Source of the DNA: an uncultured Acidobacteriota bacterium
Lineage (GTDB): Bacteria; Acidobacteriota; Terriglobia; UBA7540
Assembly (NCBI GenBank): GCA_963832915.1
Contig: CAWHWE010000013.1
Coordinates: forward strand, 1,644 to 65,643
Reading direction: 5' to 3'
DNA: 64,000 nucleotides
The translations under genes and the position numbers were made by a program. Below the pieces are notes generated by a model. That model worked only from the letters and a program-made list of their open reading frames with translations, had not been told where the DNA came from and searched no databases. Below are positions 28,152 through 35,527 of the stretch, piece by piece (position 1 is the first letter of the stretch; the number at the start of each line of letters is the position of its first letter).

Positions 28152-28411
28152 AGCGCTTCAAACTTTCCCCTGAAGCCGCCCAGGACATTCGGGAAATCTG
28201 GGCCTACATCGCAGCCGACAGTATCAAAGCCGCCCGCCGTCTTCGCCTCCAGATTTTTGATGCATGCCGGAGGATTGCCGACAACCCAGGAATTGGAAAC
28301 AGCCGAGAGGACCTCACAGACAAGCCCGTGCTCTTCTGGCCGGCGGGCTCATACCTGATTATTTACACCGACCGAAAGCCGGCCCCGATTATAGCGCAAT
28401 CGGAGTTGTAG
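28148..28411 (+). CDS. parE: ParE/RelE-family toxin (87 aa); the C-terminal ~15 residues diverge from the usual ...VEILRVLHG... ending
   Basis: MKRFKLSPEAAQDIREIWAYIA... typical ParE N-terminus; translationally coupled to the antitoxin. Confidence 0.7.
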   Translation: MKRFKLSPEAAQDIREIWAYIAADSIKAARRLRLQIFDACRRIADNPGIGNSREDLTDKPVLFWPAGSYLIIYTDRKPAPIIAQSEL

Positions 28412-28469
28412 GTTTATTTCAACAACTGTCGCACACATGTCAGACGCCGTAAATCCGACACATAACGCC

Positions 28470-29315
28470 TCACGGCTGGCCATGTACCGCTGCCATAAAC
28501 GCCCGTAGCGTGGCAAAGTTGTAACCGCGCTTCTTGAGCTCGGGGATGAGCCGCGACAGCAAATCTACCGATTGCGGCAGCTCATGGAACACAAGGATGT
28601 GCTGGTCAACGCCCTGGCGCTCGCGCTGTTCGATGCTGCGCAGAACGTAGTCATAGTCCGAGGGCTTGGGGCACTTGGCCAAGTCATGGCCGGCGCAAAA
28701 GTAATCTTCGGAGTCAACGTCGCGCAGGGCGGCCGGCACGGTTCTGGACTTTGTCATGACGTGGTAACCGCGCGCCTCGATCTTTTTCTCGAGCTCGGGC
28801 CAAATGGTCCAGTCCGGGGGACGCAGATAAGCGGGTTTGTCGCCGGTAATGGCCTGGATGAAGGTTGAGGCCCTGTCAATGTCGTTCAGCACCCATTCTT
28901 TACCATATCGCTTTGTCATCAGCCGGAAGTCGCCGTGACCGTAAGTATGATTCTCGATCTCGTGACCGCGCCGGTGCTCTTCCTGGGCCGCCTCCCGGCA
29001 AACCCCACCGTCGACTTTGCGGCATGTCTGGTCCGCGTTCTTCGAGAGCCGCCAGCCCATCACAAAGAAAGTTGCCTTAATCCCCTGCTGATCCAGCAGG
29101 CCCAGCAAACTCTGGGACGCGGTTCCTTTCCCCGATCGAGTTCCCATCAGCACGTAAGGCTTGGGTCCATCATCGAAGGTCAGTGCGATGAGCTTGGCAC
29201 TACGGGTCGCTGGTGCCCTCGCGCCGGCGTTTCCTGGAGCAGACGGGTTCTGGACTGGAACGGCTGGGGCGGCGAGCGCGATCAGTAGCATGCAAAGAGT
29301 GGTTGTTTGTGACAT
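28470..29315 (-). CDS. Polysaccharide deacetylase (CE4 / NodB homology domain), secreted
   Basis: Signal peptide; LTFDDGP motif; HTYGHGD. Confidence 0.8.
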   Translation of the reverse strand: MSQTTTLCMLLIALAAPAVPVQNPSAPGNAGARAPATRSAKLIALTFDDGPKPYVLMGTRSGKGTASQSLLGLLDQQGIKATFFVMGWRLSKNADQTCRKVDGGVCREAAQEEHRRGHEIENHTYGHGDFRLMTKRYGKEWVLNDIDRASTFIQAITGDKPAYLRPPDWTIWPELEKKIEARGYHVMTKSRTVPAALRDVDSEDYFCAGHDLAKCPKPSDYDYVLRSIEQRERQGVDQHILVFHELPQSVDLLSRLIPELKKRGYNFATLRAFMAAVHGQP

Positions 29316-29588
29316 GACGTCTCATTATGCCCCCACTCCGCCGGCGTCCGCCAGCAATGCTGCCGCGAAACAGCGATTCCTTCAAAGTCGGCCAAAAGCG
29401 GCTCTGCCGCCTGGTGTGCGGAAAGCCTCTGAAGCTGTGAAAGAATCGCGTTTTGCCATCGCGCCGTAGGGGTCCCGCAGGCGCGGGATGGTTGCTCCCG
29501 CCCTGGCGGGACGGCCACAAGGGCCGCCCCTACAACTCGGTTTTTTTACAGCTTCTCTGGCTTTCCCGCGCAACCCGCCCCCTTTTAT

Positions 29589-29633
29589 CCCTTCTCTCGG
29601 CTGGAAGGCTCAGCCTTCCAGCCGAGAGAAGGG
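29589..29633. repeat. Perfect 21-bp-arm palindrome CCCTTCTCTCGGCTGGAAGGC-tca-GCCTTCCAGCCGAGAGAAGGG in a 525-bp noncoding gap
   Basis: Read from the sequence. Confidence 0.8.
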
Positions 29634-29840
29634 GGTTAGTCACGGCCCAGGCCCTCGGAAAGGCGAAGCCTTTCCGCACGGCAGGCGGCAGAGCCGCTTT
29701 GGGATCTTAACCATCGGGGACGTTGACACGACAAGGTATATACTTACAGGCTCGCCGTTGGTGAGGGTCGAACCACTTCCTTCGATCCGGCGAGTTGAGA
29801 TACCCGCGAAATGTCCACACGAATTGGGTGGAGGTAGGCA

Positions 29841-30596
29841 ATGAGTCCTGAGCTTTCGCGAAGACTGGTGATTCTCTCCGGGCCATCCTGTGTCGGTAAA
29901 AGTCCACTGGAAAAGGCCCTTGCCAAGTTCCATCCGGAGTTGCGCCATGCCCTGCGGAAACTTGTTCTTCACAACAGCCGTGCCCCACGACCCGGTGAGC
30001 AGGAGGGGGTCGACTACCATTTCCGCACCCGGCCTCAGATCGAGGCGTTGCGAGCCGAATCCCGCTATACCGTCTTGGACGTGCGAGGAGACCTGCAAGC
30101 CCTGGATCTCGAAGCGTTGCGGGCCTTGTTAAAAGAAAGCAACGCATTCTTCGAGGGAAACCCTTTTGTGGGGCGAGCCCTCCTGACGCATCCCGGCTTG
30201 GCTGGCATTCATCGGCTTAGCATTTTTCTTTCCCCTATTTCGAAGGAAGAGGTTATCTACCTCAAGGCCCCGGAGCGCAATGTCTGCCTTCCGGATCTGC
30301 TCACCGAGATCATGAGGCGCAAACTGCTGCGCCGTACGCGCCGCCAGAAGTTGGAGCTTTCGGCAGAAGATCTCGAGAATATTGAGGCGCGCGCTACCAG
30401 CGCGTTTCGTGAGCTGAAGGAAGCCTGGCATTTCGATTACGTGATCCCCAACCATGACGGGGAAGACAGCGACAACTGGGAGGCCTTTTATTATCCAATT
30501 GGAGAGGCTCGAAAAGCGCTGAGCGCGTTTGCGGGACTGCTGGAAGGTATGGTCTCACCGCACATAGAGAAATGGGAGGAAGATCTGATTCCTTAA
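29841..30596 (+). CDS. Guanylate kinase-like P-loop protein (251 aa, longer than canonical Gmk)
   Basis: LVILSGPSCVGKSPL (Gmk P-loop), …SRAPRPGEQEGVDYHF… (GMP-binding region), DYVIPNHD near the C-terminus. The middle is divergent with a ~45-aa extension. Confidence 0.6.
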   Translation: MSPELSRRLVILSGPSCVGKSPLEKALAKFHPELRHALRKLVLHNSRAPRPGEQEGVDYHFRTRPQIEALRAESRYTVLDVRGDLQALDLEALRALLKESNAFFEGNPFVGRALLTHPGLAGIHRLSIFLSPISKEEVIYLKAPERNVCLPDLLTEIMRRKLLRRTRRQKLELSAEDLENIEARATSAFRELKEAWHFDYVIPNHDGEDSDNWEAFYYPIGEARKALSAFAGLLEGMVSPHIEKWEEDLIP

Positions 30597-31057
30597 GGCG
30601 CCAGGAACTCGATCTTTCCCTCCTCTTTTCCGTCCCAAGCGGCAAAATACACCTCCACCCTGATCTGAGGGAAATCTTTTCCCAGAGCCTGTCCCAACTT
30701 TCGCAGGTCCTCTTCCTGGCGCTGGCGCGGTTCGGAAGAAGAGTGGAGATGCAGGGGAAGGCTTTTGTACCAGGCGCAGTCCTGGTGCTGGATCAGGATT
30801 AACCGCCCGATATCGTGGTTCTCCACGAAGAAGCGGAACCACCTCCAACTTGCCCAGGAGAATTTCGGCAGATACTCGACAAGCGTCAAGCTTTGGGGTC
30901 CGCCGGGGATGGCCAACAGGTCGTAGTTGCCCTCCAGCCCCAGATGCCGGTTCAAGAACTCGTGAAAAGCCGCCTGGAAGCGATGATCGCCGCAATGCAC
31001 AACGAGGGCGCGAGGCGCCTCGCTCAGGAGTTTGGAGCCGACTTGATAGGCAGGCAT
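30593..31057 (-). CDS. Hypothetical protein with a Cys/Asp/Arg...His/Cys pattern (HCGDHR ... IQHQDC) reminiscent of beta-carbonic-anhydrase zinc ligands
   Basis: ORF convergent with and overlapping the Gmk-like gene by 4 nt; motif resemblance only. Confidence 0.35.
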   Translation of the reverse strand: MPAYQVGSKLLSEAPRALVVHCGDHRFQAAFHEFLNRHLGLEGNYDLLAIPGGPQSLTLVEYLPKFSWASWRWFRFFVENHDIGRLILIQHQDCAWYKSLPLHLHSSSEPRQRQEEDLRKLGQALGKDFPQIRVEVYFAAWDGKEEGKIEFLAP

Positions 31058-31063
31058 AACCAG

Positions 31064-32668
31064 TTATCCTTGCTTCCCCTCTGCTGGCGCTGGCTGCACA
31101 GGCGTCTTGGGTTCGGCCGCTTGCGTTTCCTTGCCCGCGGTGAGTCTGCCGCCGTCGACGCCCAGTTGCGAGAGCACGGCAGGCAAGTCGAGGCCCAACG
31201 CTTGCAACTGTTGGAGCAAGCTGAACACCAGCGCCGGGCCGGTTTGGGCGATGCGACCAATGCCTCCCGTCCCGTCGCCCGCCGCACTGTTTCCTTGGTC
31301 AATAACCACCACTCGATCGATGTTACCTAGCGGGGCAGCAACCGCTCCGAAAATACTTGCTGAGGCTTGGAGGACAGCAGGCAACTTTTCGAGTATGGTC
31401 TGGAGCTTGGCGGCCTCGTTGAATTGCTTCCACGCTTCCGCCTTCTTCAGGATGGCCTGTGCCTCGGCAACGCCCTGCGCCTCGATGGCACGCGCCTGGG
31501 CCAGACCCACTGCTTCCACCTTGGAGGCCTCGGCGCGGCCCTGCGCCTCGGTGGCTGCGGCTTGGCCCAGACCTTCCTGCCGGAATTTCTCTTGCGCGGC
31601 TTCGGCCATAGCGATCTGAGCGGCCTTACTGCCCTCTGCTTCCAGAATGGCAGCCTGCTTCTTGGCTTCCGCACGCAAAATGGCCGCCTGCCGGTCCGCC
31701 TCGGCGGCCTTGATGACCGTGGCCTCCAGTTCTTTCTGCTTGCGTTGTACCTCCTGTTCCTGGACGGCAATCTGCTCCTGGGTGCGCACCCTCTCCACCC
31801 GCACCTCTTCCATGACCACGGCCTGCTTGGCCTTGGCCTGCGACAGCGGACCGGCTTGCGCGGCCGTAGCCTTTTGCGTTTCCACTTCGGCCAGGAACTG
31901 GGCCTGCTTTACCTGAAAGTCGCGCTGCGCCGCAGCAATGTTGGCGTCCGCGTCGAACTTTGCCTTCTCGCCTTCCTGCATGGCCAAGGCGGACTTGATC
32001 TTCGCATCCCGCATGGCCTCGGCCTCGCCAATGGTCCCATCGCGTTTCACCTCCGCCGTGCGCTTCTTGCCCAGGGCGTCCAAGTAACCTTCTTCGTCGG
32101 ATATGTCCTGGATGGTGAGCACGTCCACACCAATGCCCATTCTCTCCAGGTCCACGGTGGCTTCCGAGGTCAGCTTCTGGGCGAAGCTCTGGCGGTCGCT
32201 GTTCACCTCTTCCACGGTCAGGGTGCCGAGGATCGATCGCAGGTGGCCTTCCAGCGTCTGAAAGATGACCCGTTGTATCTCTTCGTGCGACATGCCGAGA
32301 AAGCGCTCAGCAGCGGCGCTGAGGGACATGTCATCGCCTTTGATCTTGACGTTGGCGACCGCCTTCACCGAAATGGGCACGCCTTTAAAGGTGTAGGCGC
32401 GCTTGATTTCCAGCGGAATCGTGAAGACGTTTAAGGAAAGGTAGTCCACCTGTTCCAGGAGCGGGAAACGGAAGGCCGCACCGCCCTTGATCATGCGGTA
32501 GCCCACGATTTTGCCGTCCGGGGTCCTCCGCTTCCGTCCGCTGAAGACGGCCACGGCATTGGGTGGCACTTTCAGATAGTTCCGGCTGAAAAGAGCCATG
32601 GCCACAATGAGAGCCAAAACGACAAAGACCACAATGATGGGAACGAAGAACTGGGTAATCACATTCAT
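31064..32668 (-). CDS. Flotillin / SPFH (band-7) domain protein, YqiK-like
   Basis: N-terminal TM then SPFH domain and a long Ala/Glu/Gln-rich coiled coil (…AEAKKQAAILEAEG…). Start chosen at ATG 32668; the ORF-track start at 33001 runs through the repeat array. Confidence 0.8.
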   Translation of the reverse strand: MNVITQFFVPIIVVFVVLALIVAMALFSRNYLKVPPNAVAVFSGRKRRTPDGKIVGYRMIKGGAAFRFPLLEQVDYLSLNVFTIPLEIKRAYTFKGVPISVKAVANVKIKGDDMSLSAAAERFLGMSHEEIQRVIFQTLEGHLRSILGTLTVEEVNSDRQSFAQKLTSEATVDLERMGIGVDVLTIQDISDEEGYLDALGKKRTAEVKRDGTIGEAEAMRDAKIKSALAMQEGEKAKFDADANIAAAQRDFQVKQAQFLAEVETQKATAAQAGPLSQAKAKQAVVMEEVRVERVRTQEQIAVQEQEVQRKQKELEATVIKAAEADRQAAILRAEAKKQAAILEAEGSKAAQIAMAEAAQEKFRQEGLGQAAATEAQGRAEASKVEAVGLAQARAIEAQGVAEAQAILKKAEAWKQFNEAAKLQTILEKLPAVLQASASIFGAVAAPLGNIDRVVVIDQGNSAAGDGTGGIGRIAQTGPALVFSLLQQLQALGLDLPAVLSQLGVDGGRLTAGKETQAAEPKTPVQPAPAEGKQG

Positions 32669-32683
32669 GACTTCCCCCCGGCA

Positions 32684-32722
32684 CTGGAAAATGAAAACTC
32701 GAAAATCGAAAATCGAAAATGG
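32684..32722. repeat. Short array of ~5 heptamers NNCGAAA (…CTCGAAAATCGAAAATCGAAAAT…), inverse orientation to the array at 34571-34661
   Basis: Read from the sequence. Confidence 0.7.
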
Positions 32723-32769
32723 AGAGTGGTTAGTCTGGCGGGTTGCTGCGCTCTTCTGACCACCCACTT

Positions 32770-33409
32770 CCAAACGCAGCGTCCTAAATAGTTGCGCATC
32801 CTTAGACGCAGTAGCCGCATTAATGGCTTTGGCCGTCGACCCGGATGCGAGCTTATTTATTGCCTCGAGTTTAGATAGCTCTATAGAAGCGGCTATTCCA
32901 ATAGTGCCACATCTGGCGTGTTGACAGGGCCATGTCATAGTGATCGTTACTCTTGTCTGTGAACCGTCTAGGTGCGCACGATCTACCGTTGTCACTGGCA
33001 TTCAACTCGCCTGCCCAGAGTCCCGCACCCGGCGCAGGATGACTTTCTTCAATAAATAGCGCCGGACAAGGAAGATCCCAATCAACGCGCCGGTGGTTCG
33101 CCATATCAAATCGTTTATGTACTCAGCGACCGAAAGCGGCATCCCCAACACATGCGCGCATAGGAAATAGCAAAAAAATGGGAATAGCATTGCTTCCACC
33201 AAGTACTGGGAAATCAACGGCACAATGATCGCCAGAGCCCAAACGCTCGCTGTAGCTGCCCTAGACAGTTTCTGACCGGACCGCTTTGCGTCCCCGGCGG
33301 AGTAGAAGGCACCTACGATAACCACCACAAACGGCACCACACTCAGAAGCTCGAACATCTTCTCCTCCCAGGTGTAAGGATACGCAACTATTTATGACGC
33401 TGCGTCTAG
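32770..33409. mobile_element. ~640-bp low-GC cassette bounded by 32-bp imperfect inverted repeats (CCAAACGCAGCGTCCTAAATAGTTGCGCATCC at 32770-32801; GGATACGCAACTATTTATGACGCTGCGTCTAG at 33378-33409, 28/32 complementary); carries one small membrane-protein ORF; MITE/cargo-like
   Basis: IRs compared by eye; the AT-rich interior contrasts with the flanks. Confidence 0.5.
33002..33358 (-). CDS. Hypothetical small membrane protein (118 aa, 3-4 TM) carried by the IR-bounded cassette
   Basis: Hydrophobic segments; lower GC; no family recognised. Confidence 0.4.
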   Translation of the reverse strand: MFELLSVVPFVVVIVGAFYSAGDAKRSGQKLSRAATASVWALAIIVPLISQYLVEAMLFPFFCYFLCAHVLGMPLSVAEYINDLIWRTTGALIGIFLVRRYLLKKVILRRVRDSGQAS

Positions 33410-34494
33410 TGTCCTGAGTCAGAAGTTCGTTTGCAAAACCTTGCGACGGCCTCCAGGATTTGGTCAGCGGTTTTGGTCCATACGAAAGGCCGGGGGTCTT
33501 GGTTATAGGTTTCCACATAATGGTGCAGAGCCGCCTCCAGTTCTTGGGTGCTGCGATGAGCGCTACGGCGCAGTTGGCGCTCCGTCAGGGTGGCGAACCA
33601 ACGCTCGACCAGATTGATCCAGGACGAACCGGTGGGAGTGAAGTGCAAATGATAGCGAGGATGGCGCACCAGCCAACGCTGAATCATCGCAGTCTTGTGC
33701 GTGCCGTAGTTATCCAGAATCAAATGCACGTCCAGGTCCGCGGGAGTGGCGGTATGGACCGTCTCCAGAAACCGGCGGAACTCGAGGGCGCGATGCCGAC
33801 GATGACACTCGCCAATGACTTTGCCGCTGGCCATCTCCAGAGCTGCAAACAGCAACGTCGTGCCGTGACGTTCGTAATCGTGAGTTCGCCGCTCGATTTG
33901 TCCGGGGCGCATCGGCAGCAGCGGTTGGGTTCGGTCCAAGGCTTGGATCTGGGCCTTTTCATCCACGCACAGCACCAAGGCTTGGTCGGGCGGGTTCAGG
34001 TAGAGTCCCACGATGTCCCGGACTTTCTCGATAAACAGTGGGTCGCGCGACAACTTGAAGGTTTCGCTGCGATGCGGCTGCAAGGCGAACGCCCGCCAGA
34101 TGCGGCTGATGGCCGTCTGGCTCATGCCGCAACGGCGTGCCAGCAGTCGCGTGCTCCAGTGCGTCGCATTGCACGGCATTGATTCCAGGGTCAGGGTCAA
34201 CACCCGTTCCACCTCCGCATCGCCGATGCGGCGCGGCGCTCCGGGGCGTGGTTCGTCCAGCAACCCCTCCAGACGCTGGACGACGAATCGTCCTCGCCAC
34301 TTGCCCACGGTGGGTTTACACACGTGCAGGGCAGCGCTCACCGCCGTGTTGTTTTTTCCCTCTGCGCAGGCCAGCACGATGCGGGCGCGCAACGCCAGGG
34401 CTTGAGCGGTTTTGCGCCGCTGCGCCCAGCCCTGCAAGGTTTCTCGCTCTTCAGCACTCAAGGTCAATTCCGGTGTAGGGCGTCCTCGTCGCAT
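33406..34494 (-). CDS. IS630-family transposase (362 aa)
   Basis: N-terminal HTH (…[42 protein letters not shown]…), DDE region (…[11 protein letters not shown]…[16 protein letters not shown]…). The stop codon is formed at the TIR/TA junction. Confidence 0.85.
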   Translation of the reverse strand: MRRGRPTPELTLSAEERETLQGWAQRRKTAQALALRARIVLACAEGKNNTAVSAALHVCKPTVGKWRGRFVVQRLEGLLDEPRPGAPRRIGDAEVERVLTLTLESMPCNATHWSTRLLARRCGMSQTAISRIWRAFALQPHRSETFKLSRDPLFIEKVRDIVGLYLNPPDQALVLCVDEKAQIQALDRTQPLLPMRPGQIERRTHDYERHGTTLLFAALEMASGKVIGECHRRHRALEFRRFLETVHTATPADLDVHLILDNYGTHKTAMIQRWLVRHPRYHLHFTPTGSSWINLVERWFATLTERQLRRSAHRSTQELEAALHHYVETYNQDPRPFVWTKTADQILEAVARFCKRTSDSGH

Positions 34495-34567
34495 TGGTGT
34501 CCTCCTTCTTATAAACCCAATGCACGAGAACTTCCATTTATTAAACGAACTTCTGACTCAGGACACT
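33409..34567 (-). mobile_element. IS630-family insertion sequence (1159 bp) with perfect 24-bp TIRs GTGTCCTGAGTCAGAAGTTCGTTT / AAACGAACTTCTGACTCAGGACAC, inserted into CTAG with TA duplication (33407-33408 and 34568-34569)
   Basis: TIRs and target read from the sequence. The junctions reconstruct C-TA-[IS]-TA-G, the hallmark of IS630-family insertion. Confidence 0.85.
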
Positions 34568-34570
34568 AGT

Positions 34571-34661
34571 TTCCAGTTTCGCTTTTCGCTTTTCGAATTT
34601 CGCTTTTCGAATTTCCAGTTTCGCTTTTCGAGTTTCGATTTTCGAATTTCGAATTTCGAGT
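34571..34661. repeat. Array of 13 tandem heptamers TTTCGNN (tttccag tttcgct tttcgct tttcgaa tttcgct tttcgaa tttccag tttcgct tttcgag tttcgat tttcgaa tttcgaa tttcgag), abutting the nfeD stop codon
   Basis: Parsed by eye from the sequence. Confidence 0.8.
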
Positions 34662-34666
34662 TCCCG

Positions 34667-35227
34667 CTACTCTGCCCGTCGCACCACAACGGTCTCGCCC
34701 ACGACAGCTTCGATCTTCACCAGAGTATTGAGGGGAATCTGTTCGCCGTCTTGCGACCGGGCAATCTTCTCCACCACGCTCTCCCCAATCGTGCACCGGA
34801 CTTGTCCCACTCCAGCTCTCGGGATGGCCACGCTGACCTGGGCTATGCTCCCTGCCAGATCGCTAATCCGAATTTCGCTGGAGGCCTGCTGGCTGAAAAG
34901 GAAACTGGCGAAGAGGTAAATGATGGTCCCGAAGACCAAGCCGCCAGCCACCCCTATAACGGTGCTCACCTCCGTGCTATAACCAAGGTGGATACCAATA
35001 GCCCCGAAGCCGCCAAACGCGGTTATGAAAACACTGAGGATGCGACTGCTGAGGATGCTGACGCCCGCCTCCCCGTGCACGTCGCCGTGAAAATCCGATT
35101 CATGGCCCGCCAAGTCGCCATGCTCGAACAATTCCCCGGACACGAAACTCACCACCAGGATTAAGAACCCGATGGACGCAATACCTAGAAATACTGCAAA
35201 CGCTGAGAACCCGGCAAAGGTCAACAT
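34667..35227 (-). CDS. NfeD-like (YqiJ-type) membrane protein with a C-terminal OB-fold, partner of flotillin
   Basis: N-terminal TM helices, His-rich linker (EHGDLAGHESDFHGDVHGEAG) and C-terminal beta-rich domain typical of NfeD short forms. Same strand as, and upstream of, the flotillin gene. Confidence 0.65.
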   Translation of the reverse strand: MLTFAGFSAFAVFLGIASIGFLILVVSFVSGELFEHGDLAGHESDFHGDVHGEAGVSILSSRILSVFITAFGGFGAIGIHLGYSTEVSTVIGVAGGLVFGTIIYLFASFLFSQQASSEIRISDLAGSIAQVSVAIPRAGVGQVRCTIGESVVEKIARSQDGEQIPLNTLVKIEAVVGETVVVRRAE

Positions 35228-35396
35228 GAGTCAGCCTCGCAGTATCGAGGGAGATTAGGGCTTCCCAAGCACTCCCAGGACGCATGCATAGAATCAGTCA
35301 CGCCTAACTCTAGAACCGACCCGTGCCGAAGTCAAGGCAACCAGCACACTCACCCTCCCTGCGCTTTCAGGTATTGGTGTCATTTGCGAGACCCAG

Positions 35397-35422
35397 TCAT
35401 TCCCGCGAAAGCGGGAATGACC
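35397..35422. repeat. Perfect palindrome GTCATTCCCGC-gaaa-GCGGGAATGAC (related copies at 47401-47424 and 47463-47486; same GGGAATG core as the tri-iteron elements)
   Basis: Read from the sequence. Confidence 0.75.
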
Positions 35423-35469
35423 GGCGGTTCCCGTGGATCCCCATTCAAAACAACACCAGCGCTCTGAGA

Positions 35470-35498
35470 GCCTTTCGCGTTGCGTTTCCGTTTTAGTC
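35470..35498 (+). promoter_or_regulatory. Promoter of the ankyrin gene: -35 TTGCGT, 17-bp spacer, -10 TAGAAT; GGAGG RBS at 35519
   Basis: Hexamers and spacing read from the sequence. Confidence 0.45.
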
Positions 35499-35527
35499 TG
35501 TATAGAATCAAGCCAATCGGAGGAACC

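Noticed and set aside
29755-29800. tRNA-like T-arm (GGGTCGAACC) on the reverse strand
   Set aside because: The flanking bases do not form the 5-bp T-stem, and no acceptor or anticodon stems could be built, so this is not a tRNA.
31064-33001. 645-aa version of the flotillin ORF
   Set aside because: The first ~110 codons run through the heptamer array and the cassette IR. The SPFH protein starts at the ATG at 32668, which is preceded by a G-rich RBS and followed by a TM helix.
34571-34661. CRISPR array
   Set aside because: The period is 7 bp with no spacers and no cas genes. This is a simple tandem heptamer array.
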